Shown here: positions 24,801 to 37,700 of the stretch, piece after piece
Position numbering within the stretch: the first letter of the stretch is position 1
Layout: each line of letters opens with the position of its first letter
Assembly (NCBI GenBank): GCA_964016885.1
Contig: OZ024744.1
Coordinates: 18,414,001 to 18,478,000, forward strand
From: Eledone cirrhosa
Taxonomy: Eukaryota
Length of the DNA stretch: 64,000 nucleotides
Direction: 5' to 3'
Translations under genes and position numbers: made by a program
Notes under the pieces: generated by a model
Seen by the model: the letters and a program-made list of their open reading frames with translations, nothing else
Database searches by the model: none
What the model was told of the DNA's origin: nothing

Positions 24801-27800
24801 CTGTATGTCTGTGTCACACTGTATATCACTGTATCTTTGTGTAGGTCTGTGTCACCGTGTATGTCACTGTATCTTTATGTATGTCTGTGTCACTGTATAT
24901 GTCACTGTATCTTTGTGTATGTCTACGTCACTGTGTATGTCACTGTGTGTTTCTGTATGTCTGTGTCTTTGTGTATGTTACTGTACCTTTGTGTATGTCT
25001 GTGTCACTGTGTATGTCACTGTGTGTTTCTGTATGTCTGTGTCACTGTGTATGTCACTGTGTGTTTCTGTATATTTGTGTCTCTGTGTATGTCACTGTAT
25101 CTTTGTGTATGTCTGTGTCACTGTGTATGTCACTGTATTTTTGTGTATGTCGGTGTCACCGTGTATGTCACTGTAACGTTGCGCATCTCTGTGTCACTGT
25201 GTATGTCACTGTATCTTTGTGTATGTCTGTGTCACTGTGCATGTCACTGTGTGTTTCTCTATGTATGTGTCACGGTGTATGTCACTGTATGTTTGTGTAT
25301 GTCTGTGTCACTGTGTATGTCACTGTATCTTTGTGTATGTCTGTGTCACTGTGTATGTTACTGTGTGTTTCTGTATGTCTGTGTCACTGTGTATGTTGTT
25401 GTGTCTTTCTGTATGTCTGTGTCACTGTGTATATCACTGTATGTTTGTGTGTGTCTGTGTCACTGTGTATGTCACTGTATGTCTCTGTATGTCTGTGTCA
25501 CTGTCTATGTCACTGTATCTTTGTGTATGTCTGTGTCACTGTGTATGTCACTGTGTGTTTATGTATTTCTGTGTCTCTGTATATGTCACTGTATCTTTGT
25601 GTATGTCTGCGTCACTGTGTATGTCACTGTATGTTTGTGTATGTCTGCGTCACTGTATGTTTCTGTATGTGTGTGTCACTGTGTATATCACTGTATGTCT
25701 GTGTATGCCTGTGTCACGGTGTATGTCACTGTATGTTTGTGTGTGTCTGTGTTACTGTGTATGTCACTGTGTGTTTGTGTATGTATGTGTCACTGTATGT
25801 TTCTGTATGTCTGTGTCACTGTGTATGTCACTGTGTGTTTCTGTATGTCTGTGTCACCGTGTATGTCACTGTATCTTTGTGTATGCATGTGTCACTGTGT
25901 ATGTCACTGTGTGATTCTGTATGTCTGTGTCACTGTGTATGTCACTGTGTGTTTCTGTATGTTTGTGTCACTGTGTATGTCAATAAATGTTTGTGTGTGT
26001 CTGTGTCTCTATGTATGTCACTGTGTATTTGCGTGTGTCTGTGTTACTGTGTATGTCACTGTTTGTTTGTGTATGTCTGTGTCACTGTGTGTGTTTCTGT
26101 ATGTCTGTTGCACTGTGTATGTCATTGCATCTTTGTATATGTCTGTGTCACTCTGCTTGTCACTGTGTGTTTCTGTATGTCTGTGTCACTGTGTATGTCA
26201 CTGTATGTTTCTGTATGTCTGTTTCACTGTGCATATCACTGTGTGTTTCTGTATGTCTGTGTCACTGTATATGTCACTGTATCTTTGTGTATGCCTGTGT
26301 CACTCTGTATGTTACTGTGTGTTTCTGTATGTCTGTGTCACTATGTATGCCACTGTATGTTTGTGTTGTCTGTGTCATTGTGTATGTCACTGGGTGTTTC
26401 TGTATGACTGTGTCACTGTGTATGACACTGTGTCTTTCTGTATGTATGTATCACTGTGTATGTCACTGTGTGTATCTGTATGTCTGTGTCACTGTGTAAG
26501 TCATTGTATCTTTGTGTATGTCTGTGGCACTCTGTATGTCGTTGTGTGTTTCTGTATGTATGTGTCTCTGTGTATGTCACTGTATATTTGTGTATGTATG
26601 TGTCACTGTGTATGTCACTGTGAGTTTCTCTATGTCTGTGTCACTGTGTATGTCACTGTATGTCTCTGTATGTCTGTGTCACTGTCTATGTCACTGTATC
26701 TTTGTGTATGTCTGTGTCACTGTGTATGTCACTGTGTGTTTCTGTATGTCTGTGTCACTGTGTATGTCACAGTGTGTTTCTGTATATATGTGTCTCTATG
26801 TATGTCACTGTATCTTTGTGTATGTCTGTGTCACTGTGTGTTTCTGTATGTCTGTGTCACTGAGTATGTCACTGTATGTTTGTGTGTGTCTGTGTCACTG
26901 TGTATGTCACTGTGTGTTTGTGTATGTCTGTGTCACTGTATGTCTGTGTCACTGTGTATGTCACTGTTTGTTTCTGTATGTAAGTGTCACTGTGTATGTC
27001 ACCGTATGTGTGTGTATGTCTGTGTCACGGTGTATGTCACTGTATCTTTGTGTATGCCTGTGTCACTGTGTATGTCAATGTGTGTTTCTGTATGTCTGTG
27101 TCACTGTGTATGTCACTGTATGTTTGTGTGTGTCTGTGTCACTGTGTATGTCAATGTCTCTGTGTGTTTCTGTATGTCTGTGTCTCTGTGTATGTCACTG
27201 TATCTTTGTGTATGTATGTGTCACTGTGTATGTCACTGTGTGTTTCTGTATGTCTGTGTCACTGTGTATATCACTGTGTGTCTCTGTATATCTGTGTCTC
27301 TGTGTATGTCACAGTATCTTTGTGTATGTCTGGGTCACTGTGTATGTCACTGCATATTTGTGTATGTCTATGTCACCGTGTATATCACTGTATGTTTGTG
27401 TATGTCTGTGTCTCTGTGTATGTCACTGTATCTTTCTGTATGTCTGTGTCACTGTGTATATCAATGTGTGTTTCTGTATCTCTGTGTCACGGTGTATGTC
27501 ACTGCATGTTTGTGTATGTCTGTGTGACTGTGTATGTCACTGTGTGTTTCTGTATGGCTGTGTCACTGTGTATATCACTGTATGTTTGTGTATGCCTGTG
27601 TCACGGTGTATGTCACTGTATGTTTCAGTATGTCTGTGTCACTGTGTAAGTCATTTTATCTTTGTGTATGTCTGTGGCACACTGTATGTCGTTGTGTGTT
27701 TCTGTATGTATGTGTCTCTGTGTATGTCACTGTATATTTGTGTATGTATGTGTCACTGTGTATGTCACTGTGAGTTTCTGTATGTCTGTGTCACTGTGTA

Positions 27801-30800
27801 TGTCACTGTATGTCTCTGTATGTCTGTGTCACTGTATATGTCACTGTATCTTTGTGTATGTCTGTGTCACTGTGTATGTCACTGTGTGTTTATGTATTTC
27901 TGTGTCTCTGTATACGTCACTGTATCTTTGTGTATGTCTGCGTCACTGTGTATGTCACTGTATGTTTGTGTATGTCTGTGTCACTGTGTGTTTCTGTATG
28001 TGTGTGTCACTGTGTATATCACTGTATGTTTGTGTATGCCTGTGTCACGGTGTATGTCACTGTATGTTTGTGTGAGTCTGTGTCACTGTGTGTTTGTGTA
28101 TGTATGTGTCACTGTATCTTTGTGTATGCCTGTGTCACTGTGTATGTCACTGTGTGATTCTGTATGTCTGTGTCACTGTGTATGTCAATGTGTGTTTCTG
28201 TATGTTTGTGTCACTGTGTATGTCACTAAATGTTTGTGTGTGTCTGTGTCTCTATGTATGTCACTGTGTATTTGCGTGTGTCTGTGTCACTGTGTATGTC
28301 ACTGTGTGTTTCTGTATGTCTGTGTGACTGTGTATGTCACTGTTTGTTTGTGTATGTCTGTGTCACTGTGTGTGTTTCTGTATGTCTGTGTCACTGTGTA
28401 TGTCATTGCATCTTTGTGTATGTCTGTGTCATTGTGTATGTCACTGTGTGTTTCTGTATGTTTGTGTCACTGTGTATGTCACTGTGTGTTTCTGTATATC
28501 TGTGTCTCTGTGTATGTTACTGTATCTTTGTGTATGTCTGTGTCACTGTGTATGTCACTGTATCTTTGTGTATGTCTGTGTCACGGTGTATATCACTGTA
28601 TGTTTGTGTATGTCTGTGTCACTCTATATGTCACTGTATGTTTCTGTATGTATGTGTCACTGTGTATGTCAATGTGTGTTTCTGTATCTCTGTGTCACGG
28701 TGTATGTCACTGTATGTTTGTGTATGTCTGTGTGACTGTGTATGTCACTGTATGTTTCTGAATGTCTGTGTAACTGTGTATGTCATTGTATTTTTGTGTT
28801 TGTATGTGTCACTGTGTATGTCACTGTGTGTTTGTGTATACCTGTGTCACTGTGTATGTTACTGTGAGTTTCTGTATGTCTGTGTCACTGTTTACGTCAC
28901 TGTATATTTCTGTATGTCTGTGTCAGTGTGTATGTCACTGGGTGATTCTGTATGTCTGTGTCATACTGTATATCACTGTATCTTTGTGTAGGTCTGTGTC
29001 ACTGTATATGTCACTGTATCTTTGTGTATGTCTGTGTCACTGTGTATGTCACTGTGTGTTTCTGTATGTCTGTGTCACTGTGTATATCACTGTGTGTTTC
29101 TGTATATCTGTGTCTCTGTGTATGTCACTGTATCTTTGTGTATGTCTGTGTCACTGTGTATGTCACTGTATCTTTGTGTATGTCGGTGTCACCGTGTATG
29201 TCACTGTAACGTTGTGTATCTCTGTGTCACTGTGTATGTCACTGTATCATTGTGTATGTCTGTGTCACTGTGCATGTCACTGTGTGTTTCTGTATTTATG
29301 TGTCACGGTGTATGTCACTGTATGTTTGTGTATGTCTGTGTCACTGTGTATATCACTGTATCTTTGTGTATGTCTGTGTCACTGTGTGTGTTATTGTGTG
29401 TTTCTGTATGTCTGTGTCACTGTGTATGTCTTTGTGTCTTTCTGTATGTCTGTGTCACTGTGTATATCACTGTATGTTTGTATGTGTCTGTGTCACTGTG
29501 TATGTCACTGTATGTCTCTGTATGTCTGTGTCACTGTCTATGTCACTGTATCTTTGTGTATATCTGTGTCACTGTGTATGTCACTGTGTGTTTATGTATT
29601 TCTGTGTCTCTGTATATGTCACTGTATCTTTGTGTATGTCTGCGTCACTGTGTATGTCACTGTATGTTTGTGTATGTCTGTGTCACTGTGTAAGTCATTT
29701 TATCTTTGTGTATGTCTGTGGCACACTGTATGTCGTTGTGTGTTTCTGTATGTATGTGTCTCTGTGTATGTCACTGTATATTTGTGTATGTCTGTGTCAC
29801 TGTGTATGTCACTGTATGTCTCTGTATGTCTGTGTCACTGTCTATGTCACTGTATCTTTGTGTATGTCTGTGTCACTGTGTATGTCACTGTGTGTTTATG
29901 TATTTCTGTGTCTCTGTATACGTCACTGTATCTTTGTGTATGTCTGCGTCACTGTGTATGTCACTGTGTGTTTGTGTATGTATGTGTCACTGTATGTTTC
30001 TGTATGTCTGTGTCACTGTGTATGTCACTCTGTGTTTCTGTATGTCTGTGTCACCGTGTATGTCACTGTATCTTTGTGTATGCCTGTGTCACTGTGTATG
30101 TCACTGTGTGATTCTGTATGTCTGTGTCACTGTGTATGTCAATGTGTGTTTCTGTATGTTTGTGTCACTGTGTATGTCACTAAATGTTTGTGTGTGTCTG
30201 TGTCTCTATGTATGTCACTGTGTATTTGCGTGTGTCTGTGTCACTGTGTATGTCACTGTGTGTTTCTGTATGTCTGTGTGACTGTGTATGTCACTGTTTG
30301 TTTGTGTATGTCTGTGTCACTGTGTGTGTTTCTGTATGTCTGTGTCACTGTGTATGTCATTGCATCTTTGTGTATGTCTGTGTCATTGTGTATGTCACTG
30401 TGTGTTTATGTATGTTTGTGTCACTGTGTATGTCACTGTGAGTTTCTGTATATCTGTGTCTCTGTGTATGTTACTGTATCTTTGTGTATGTCTGTGTTAC
30501 TGTGTATGTCACTGTATCTTTGTGTATGTCTATGTCACGGTGTATATCACTGTAAGTTTGTGTATGTCTGTGTCACTCTATATGTCACTGTTTTTTTCTG
30601 TATGTATGTGTCACTGTGTATGTCAATGTGTGTTTCTGTATCTCTGTGTCACGGTGTATGTCACTGTATGTTTGTGTATGTCTGTGTGAATGTGTATGTC
30701 ACTGTATGTTAATGTATGTCTGTGTCACTGTGTATGTCACTGTGTGTTTCTGTATGTCTGTGTCACTGTGTATGTCACTGTATATTTGTGTATGTCTGTG

Positions 30801-32783
30801 TCACTGTGTATGTCACTGTGTGTTTCTGTATGTCTGTGTCACTGTCTATGTCACTGTATGTTTCTGAATGTCTGTGTAACTGTGTATGTCACTGTGTGTT
30901 TCTGTGTGTCTGTGTCACGGTGTATGTCACTGTATGTTTGTGTGTGTCTGTGTCATTGTGTATGTCACTGTGTGTTTCTGTATGTCGCTGTCACCGTGTA
31001 TGTCACTGTATCTTTGTGTATGTCTGTGTCACTGTGTATGTCACTGTGTGTTTCTGTATGTCTGTGTCACTGTGTATGTCACTCTGTGTTTCTGTATGTT
31101 TGTGTCACTGTGTATGTCACTAAATGTTTGTGTGTGTCTGTGTCTCTGTCTATGTCACTGTGTGTTTGCGTGTGTCTTTGTCACTGTGTATGTCACTGTG
31201 TGTTTCTGCATGTCTGTGTGACTGTGTATGTCACTGTGTGTTTGTGTATGTCTGTGTCACTGTATGTTTCTGTATGTCTGTTTCACCGTGTATGTCACTG
31301 TGTGTATCTGTATGTATGTGTCACCGTGTATGTCACTGTATCTTTGTGTATGCCTTTGTCACTGTGTATGTCACTGTGCGTTTCTGTATGTTTGTGTCAC
31401 TGTGTATGTCACTAAATGTTTGTGTGTGTCTGTGTCACTGTGTATGTCACTGTGTGTTTGCGTGTGTCTGTGTCACTGTGTATGTCACTGTGTGTTTCTG
31501 TATGTCTGTGTGACTGTGTATGTCACTCTGTGTTTGTGTATGTCTGTGTCACTGTGTGTGTTTCTGTATGTCTGTGTCACTGTGTATGTCATTGTCTTTT
31601 TGTGTTTGTATGTGTCACTGTGTATGTCACTGTGTGTTTGTGTATACCTGTGTCACTGTGTATGTTACTGTGAGTTTCTGTATGTCTGTGTCACTGTGTA
31701 CGTCACTGTATATTTCTGTATGTCTGTGTCAGTGTGTATGTCACTGGGTGATTCTGTATGTCTGTGTCACACTGTATATCACTGTATCTTTGTGTAGGTC
31801 TGTGTCACTGTATATGTCACTGTATCTTTGTGTATGTCTACGTCACTGTGTGTGTCACTGTGTGTTTCTGTATGTCTGTGTCTTTGTGTATGTTACTGTA
31901 CCTTTGTGTATGTCTGTGTCACTGTGTATGTCACTGTGTGATTCTGTATGTCTGTGTCACTGTGTATGTCAATGTGTGTTTCTGTATGTTTGTGTCACTG
32001 TGTATGTCACTAAATGTTTGTGTGTGTCTGTGTCTCTATGTATGTCACTGTGTATTTGCGTGTGTCTGTGTCACTGTGTATGTCACTGTGTGTTTCTGTA
32101 TGTCTGTGTGACTGTGTATGTCACTGTTTGTTTGTGTATGTCTGTGTCACTGTGTGTGTTTCTGTATGTCTGTGTCACTGTGTATGTCACTGTGTGTTTC
32201 TGTATGTTTGGTCACTGTGTATGTCACTGTGTGTTTCTGTATATCTGTGTCTCTGTGTATGTTACTGTATCTTTGTGTATGTCTGTGTCACTGTGTATGT
32301 CACTGTATCTTTGTGTATGTCTGTGTCACGGTGTATATCACTGTATGTTTGTGTATGTCTGTGTCACTCTATATGTCACTGTATGTTTCTGTATGTATGT
32401 GTCACTGTGTATGTCAATGTGTGTTTCTGTATCTCTGTGTCACGGTGTATGTCACTGTATGTTTGCGTATGTCTGTGTGACTGTGTATGTCACTGTATGT
32501 TTCTGAATGTCTGTATAACTGTGTATGTCACTGTGTGTTTCTGTGTGTCTGTGTCACGGTGTATGTCACTGTATGTTTGTGTGTGTCTGTGTCATTGTGT
32601 ATGTCACTGTGTGTTTCTGTATGTCGGTGTCACCGTGTATGTCACTGTATCTTTGTGTATGCCTGTGTCACTGTGTATGTCACTGTGTGTTTCTGTATGT
32701 CTGTGTCACTGTGTATGTCACTGTGTGTTTCTGTATGTTTGTGTCACTGTGTATGTCACTAAATGTTTGTGTGTGTCTGTGTC
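18872..32783 (+). repeat. 13,891-bp tandem duplication, copy 2 (including 21-bp junction homology)
   Basis: Near-identical to 4981-18892. The match ends after ATGTTTGTGTGTGTCTGTGTC at 32783. Six substitutions were found and no net indel. Confidence 0.95.
19812..24136 (+). repeat. Second copy of the 2,163-bp tandem pair, carried by the 13.9-kb duplication
   Basis: Equals 5921-10245 shifted by 13,891; ORF pairs 20180/22342 and 21040/23203. Confidence 0.88.
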
Positions 32784-34746
32784 CCTGTCTATGTCACTGT
32801 GTGTTTGCGTGTGTCTTTGTCACTGTGTATGTCACTGTGTGTTTCTGCATGTCTGTGTGACTGTGTATGTCACTGTGTGTTTGTGTATGTCTGTGTCACT
32901 GTATGTTTCTGTATGTCTGTTTCACTGTGTATGTCACTGTGTGTTTCTGTATGTATGTGTCACCGTGTATGTCACTGTATCTTTGTGTATGCCTTTGTCA
33001 CTGTGTATGTCACTGTGTGTTTCTGTATGTTTGTGTCACTGTGTATGTCACTAAATGTTTGTGTGTGTCTGTGTCACTGTGTATGTCACTGTGTGTTTGC
33101 GTGTGTCTGTGTCACTGTGTATGTCACTGTGTGTTTCTGTATGTCTGTGTGACTGTGTATGTCACTCTGTGTTTGTGTATGTCTGTGTCACTGTGTGTGT
33201 TTCTGTATGTCTGTGTCACTGTGTATGTCATTGTATTTTTGTGTTTGTATGTGTCACTGTGTATGTCACTGTGTGTTTGTGTATACCTGTGTCACTGTGT
33301 ATGTTACTGTGAGTTTCTGTATGTCTGTGTCACTGTGTACGTCACTGTATATTTCTGTATGTCTGTGTCAGTGTGTATGTCACTGGGTGATTCTGTATGT
33401 CTGTGTCACACTGTATATCACTGTATATTTGTGTAGGTCTGTGTCACTGTATATGTCACTGTATCTTTGTGTATGTCTACGTCACTGTGTATGTCACTGT
33501 GTGTTTCTGTATGTCTGTGTCTTTGTGTATGTTACTGTACCTTTGTGTATGTCTGTGTCACTGTGTATGTCACTGTGTGTTTCTGTATGTCTGTGTCACT
33601 GTGTATATCACTGTGTGTTTCTGTATATCTGTGTCTCTGTGTATGTCACTGTATCTTTGTGTATGTCTGTGTCACTGTGTATGTCACTGTATCTTTGTGT
33701 ATGTCGGTGTCACCGTGTATGTCACTGTAACGTTGTGTATCTCTGTGTCACTGTGTATGTCACTGTATCTTTGTGTATGTCTGTGTCACTGTGCATGTCA
33801 CTGTGTGTTTCTGTATGTATGTGTCACGGTGTATGTCACTGTATGTTTGTGTATGTCTGTGTCACTGTGTATGTCACTGTATCTTTGTGTATGTCTGTGT
33901 CACTGTGTATGTTACTGTGTGTTTCTGTATGTCTGTGTCACTGTGTATGTCTTTGTGTCTCTCTGTATGTCTGTGTCACTGTGTATATCACTGTATGTTT
34001 GTATGTGTCTGTGTCACTGTGTATGTCACTGTATGTCTCTGTATGTCTGTGTCACTGTCTATGTCACTGTATCTTTGTGTATGTCTGTGTCACTGTGTAT
34101 GTCACTGTGTGTTTATGTATTTCTGTGTCTCTGTATATGTCACTGTATCTTTGTGTATGTCTGCGTCACTGTGTATGTCACTGTATGTTTGTGTATGTCT
34201 GCGTCACTGTATGTTTCTGTATGTGTGTGTCACTGTGTATATCACTGTATGTTTGTGTATGCCTGTGTCACGTTGTATGTCACTGTATGTTTGTGTGTGT
34301 CTGTGTCACTGTGTATGTCACTGTGTGTTTGTGTATGTCTGTGTCACTGTATGTTTCTGTATGTATGTGTCACTGTGTATGTCACTGTGTGTTTCTGTAT
34401 GTCTGTGTCACCGTGTATGTCACTGTATCTTTGTGTATGCCTGTGTCACTGTGTATGTCACTGTGTGATTCTGTATGTCTGTGTCACTGTGTATGTCACT
34501 GTGTGTTTCTGTATGTTTGTGTCACTGTCTATGTCACTAAATGTTTGTGTGTGTCTGTGTCTCTATGTATGTCACTGTGTATTTGCGTGTGTCTGTGTCA
34601 CTGTGTATGTCACTGTGTGTTTCTGTATGTCTGTGTGACTCTGTATGTCACTGTTTGTTTGTGTATGTCTGTGTCACTGTGTATGTCATTGCATCTTTGT
34701 ATATGTCTGTGTCACTCTGCATGTCACTGTGTGTTTCTGTATGTCT
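29186..34746 (+). repeat. 5,561-bp tandem duplication, copy 1
   Basis: Constant ORF offset of 5,561 (29252/34813, 31520/37081, 33773/39334). The left edge is set by the mismatch 29185 G versus 34746 T. Confidence 0.95.
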
Positions 34747-37700
34747 GTGTCACCGTGTATGTCACTGTAACGTTGTGTATCTCTGTGTCACTGTGTATGT
34801 CACTGTATCATTGTGTATGTCTGTGTCACTGTGCATGTCACTGTGTGTTTCTGTATTTATGTGTCACGGTGTATGTCACTGTATGTTTGTGTATGTCTGT
34901 GTCACTGTGTATATCACTGTATCTTTGTGTATGTCTGTGTCACTGTGTGTGTTATTGTGTGTTTCTGTATGTCTGTGTCACTGTGTATGTCTTTGTGTCT
35001 TTCTGTATGTCTGTGTCACTGTGTATATCACTGTATGTTTGTATGTGTCTGTGTCACTGTGTATGTCACTGTATGTCTCTGTATGTCTGTGTCACTGTCT
35101 ATGTCACTGTATCTTTGTGTATATCTGTGTCACTGTGTATGTCACTGTGTGTTTATGTATTTCTGTGTCTCTGTATATGTCACTGTATCTTTGTGTATGT
35201 CTGCGTCACTGTGTATGTCACTGTATGTTTGTGTATGTCTGTGTCACTGTGTAAGTCATTTTATCTTTGTGTATGTCTGTGGCACACTGTATGTCGTTGT
35301 GTGTTTCTGTATGTATGTGTCTCTGTGTATGTCACTGTATATTTGTGTATGTCTGTGTCACTGTGTATGTCACTGTATGTCTCTGTATGTCTGTGTCACT
35401 GTCTATGTCACTGTATCTTTGTGTATGTCTGTGTCACTGTGTATGTCACTGTGTGTTTATGTATTTCTGTGTCTCTGTATACGTCACTGTATCTTTGTGT
35501 ATGTCTGCGTCACTGTGTATGTCACTGTGTGTTTGTGTATGTATGTGTCACTGTATGTTTCTGTATGTCTGTGTCACTGTGTATGTCACTCTGTGTTTCT
35601 GTATGTCTGTGTCACCGTGTATGTCACTGTATCTTTGTGTATGCCTGTGTCACTGTGTATGTCACTGTGTGATTCTGTATGTCTGTGTCACTGTGTATGT
35701 CAATGTGTGTTTCTGTATGTTTGTGTCACTGTGTATGTCACTAAATGTTTGTGTGTGTCTGTGTCTCTATGTATGTCACTGTGTATTTGCGTGTGTCTGT
35801 GTCACTGTGTATGTCACTGTGTGTTTCTGTATGTCTGTGTGACTGTGTATGTCACTGTTTGTTTGTGTATGTCTGTGTCACTGTGTGTGTTTCTGTATGT
35901 CTGTGTCACTGTGTATGTCATTGCATCTTTGTGTATGTCTGTGTCATTGTGTATGTCACTGTGTGTTTATGTATGTTTGTGTCACTGTGTATGTCACTGT
36001 GAGTTTCTGTATATCTGTGTCTCTGTGTATGTTACTGTATCTTTGTGTATGTCTGTGTTACTGTGTATGTCACTGTATCTTTGTGTATGTCTATGTCACG
36101 GTGTATATCACTGTAAGTTTGTGTATGTCTGTGTCACTCTATATGTCACTGTTTTTTTCTGTATGTATGTGTCACTGTGTATGTCAATGTGTGTTTCTGT
36201 ATCTCTGTGTCACGGTGTATGTCACTGTATGTTTGTGTATGTCTGTGTGAATGTGTATGTCACTGTATGTTAATGTATGTCTGTGTCACTGTGTATGTCA
36301 CTGTGTGTTTCTGTATGTCTGTGTCACTGTGTATGTCACTGTATATTTGTGTATGTCTGTGTCACTGTGTATGTCACTGTGTGTTTCTGTATGTCTGTGT
36401 CACTGTCTATGTCACTGTATGTTTCTGAATGTCTGTGTAACTGTGTATGTCACTGTGTGTTTCTGTGTGTCTGTGTCACGGTGTATGTCACTGTATGTTT
36501 GTGTGTGTCTGTGTCATTGTGTATGTCACTGTGTGTTTCTGTATGTCGCTGTCACCGTGTATGTCACTGTATCTTTGTGTATGTCTGTGTCACTGTGTAT
36601 GTCACTGTGTGTTTCTGTATGTCTGTGTCACTGTGTATGTCACTCTGTGTTTCTGTATGTTTGTGTCACTGTGTATGTCACTAAATGTTTGTGTGTGTCT
36701 GTGTCTCTGTCTATGTCACTGTGTGTTTGCGTGTGTCTTTGTCACTGTGTATGTCACTGTGTGTTTCTGCATGTCTGTGTGACTGTGTATGTCACTGTGT
36801 GTTTGTGTATGTCTGTGTCACTGTATGTTTCTGTATGTCTGTTTCACCGTGTATGTCACTGTGTGTATCTGTATGTATGTGTCACCGTGTATGTCACTGT
36901 ATCTTTGTGTATGCCTTTGTCACTGTGTATGTCACTGTGCGTTTCTGTATGTTTGTGTCACTGTGTATGTCACTAAATGTTTGTGTGTGTCTGTGTCACT
37001 GTGTATGTCACTGTGTGTTTGCGTGTGTCTGTGTCACTGTGTATGTCACTGTGTGTTTCTGTATGTCTGTGTGACTGTGTATGTCACTCTGTGTTTGTGT
37101 ATGTCTGTGTCACTGTGTGTGTTTCTGTATGTCTGTGTCACTGTGTATGTCATTGTCTTTTTGTGTTTGTATGTGTCACTGTGTATGTCACTGTGTGTTT
37201 GTGTATACCTGTGTCACTGTGTATGTTACTGTGAGTTTCTGTATGTCTGTGTCACTGTGTACGTCACTGTATATTTCTGTATGTCTGTGTCAGTGTGTAT
37301 GTCACTGGGTGATTCTGTATGTCTGTGTCACACTGTATATCACTGTATCTTTGTGTAGGTCTGTGTCACTGTATATGTCACTGTATCTTTGTGTATGTCT
37401 ACGTCACTGTGTGTGTCACTGTGTGTTTCTGTATGTCTGTGTCTTTGTGTATGTTACTGTACCTTTGTGTATGTCTGTGTCACTGTGTATGTCACTGTGT
37501 GATTCTGTATGTCTGTGTCACTGTGTATGTCAATGTGTGTTTCTGTATGTTTGTGTCACTGTGTATGTCACTAAATGTTTGTGTGTGTCTGTGTCTCTAT
37601 GTATGTCACTGTGTATTTGCGTGTGTCTGTGTCACTGTGTATGTCACTGTGTGTTTCTGTATGTCTGTGTGACTGTGTATGTCACTGTTTGTTTGTGTAT

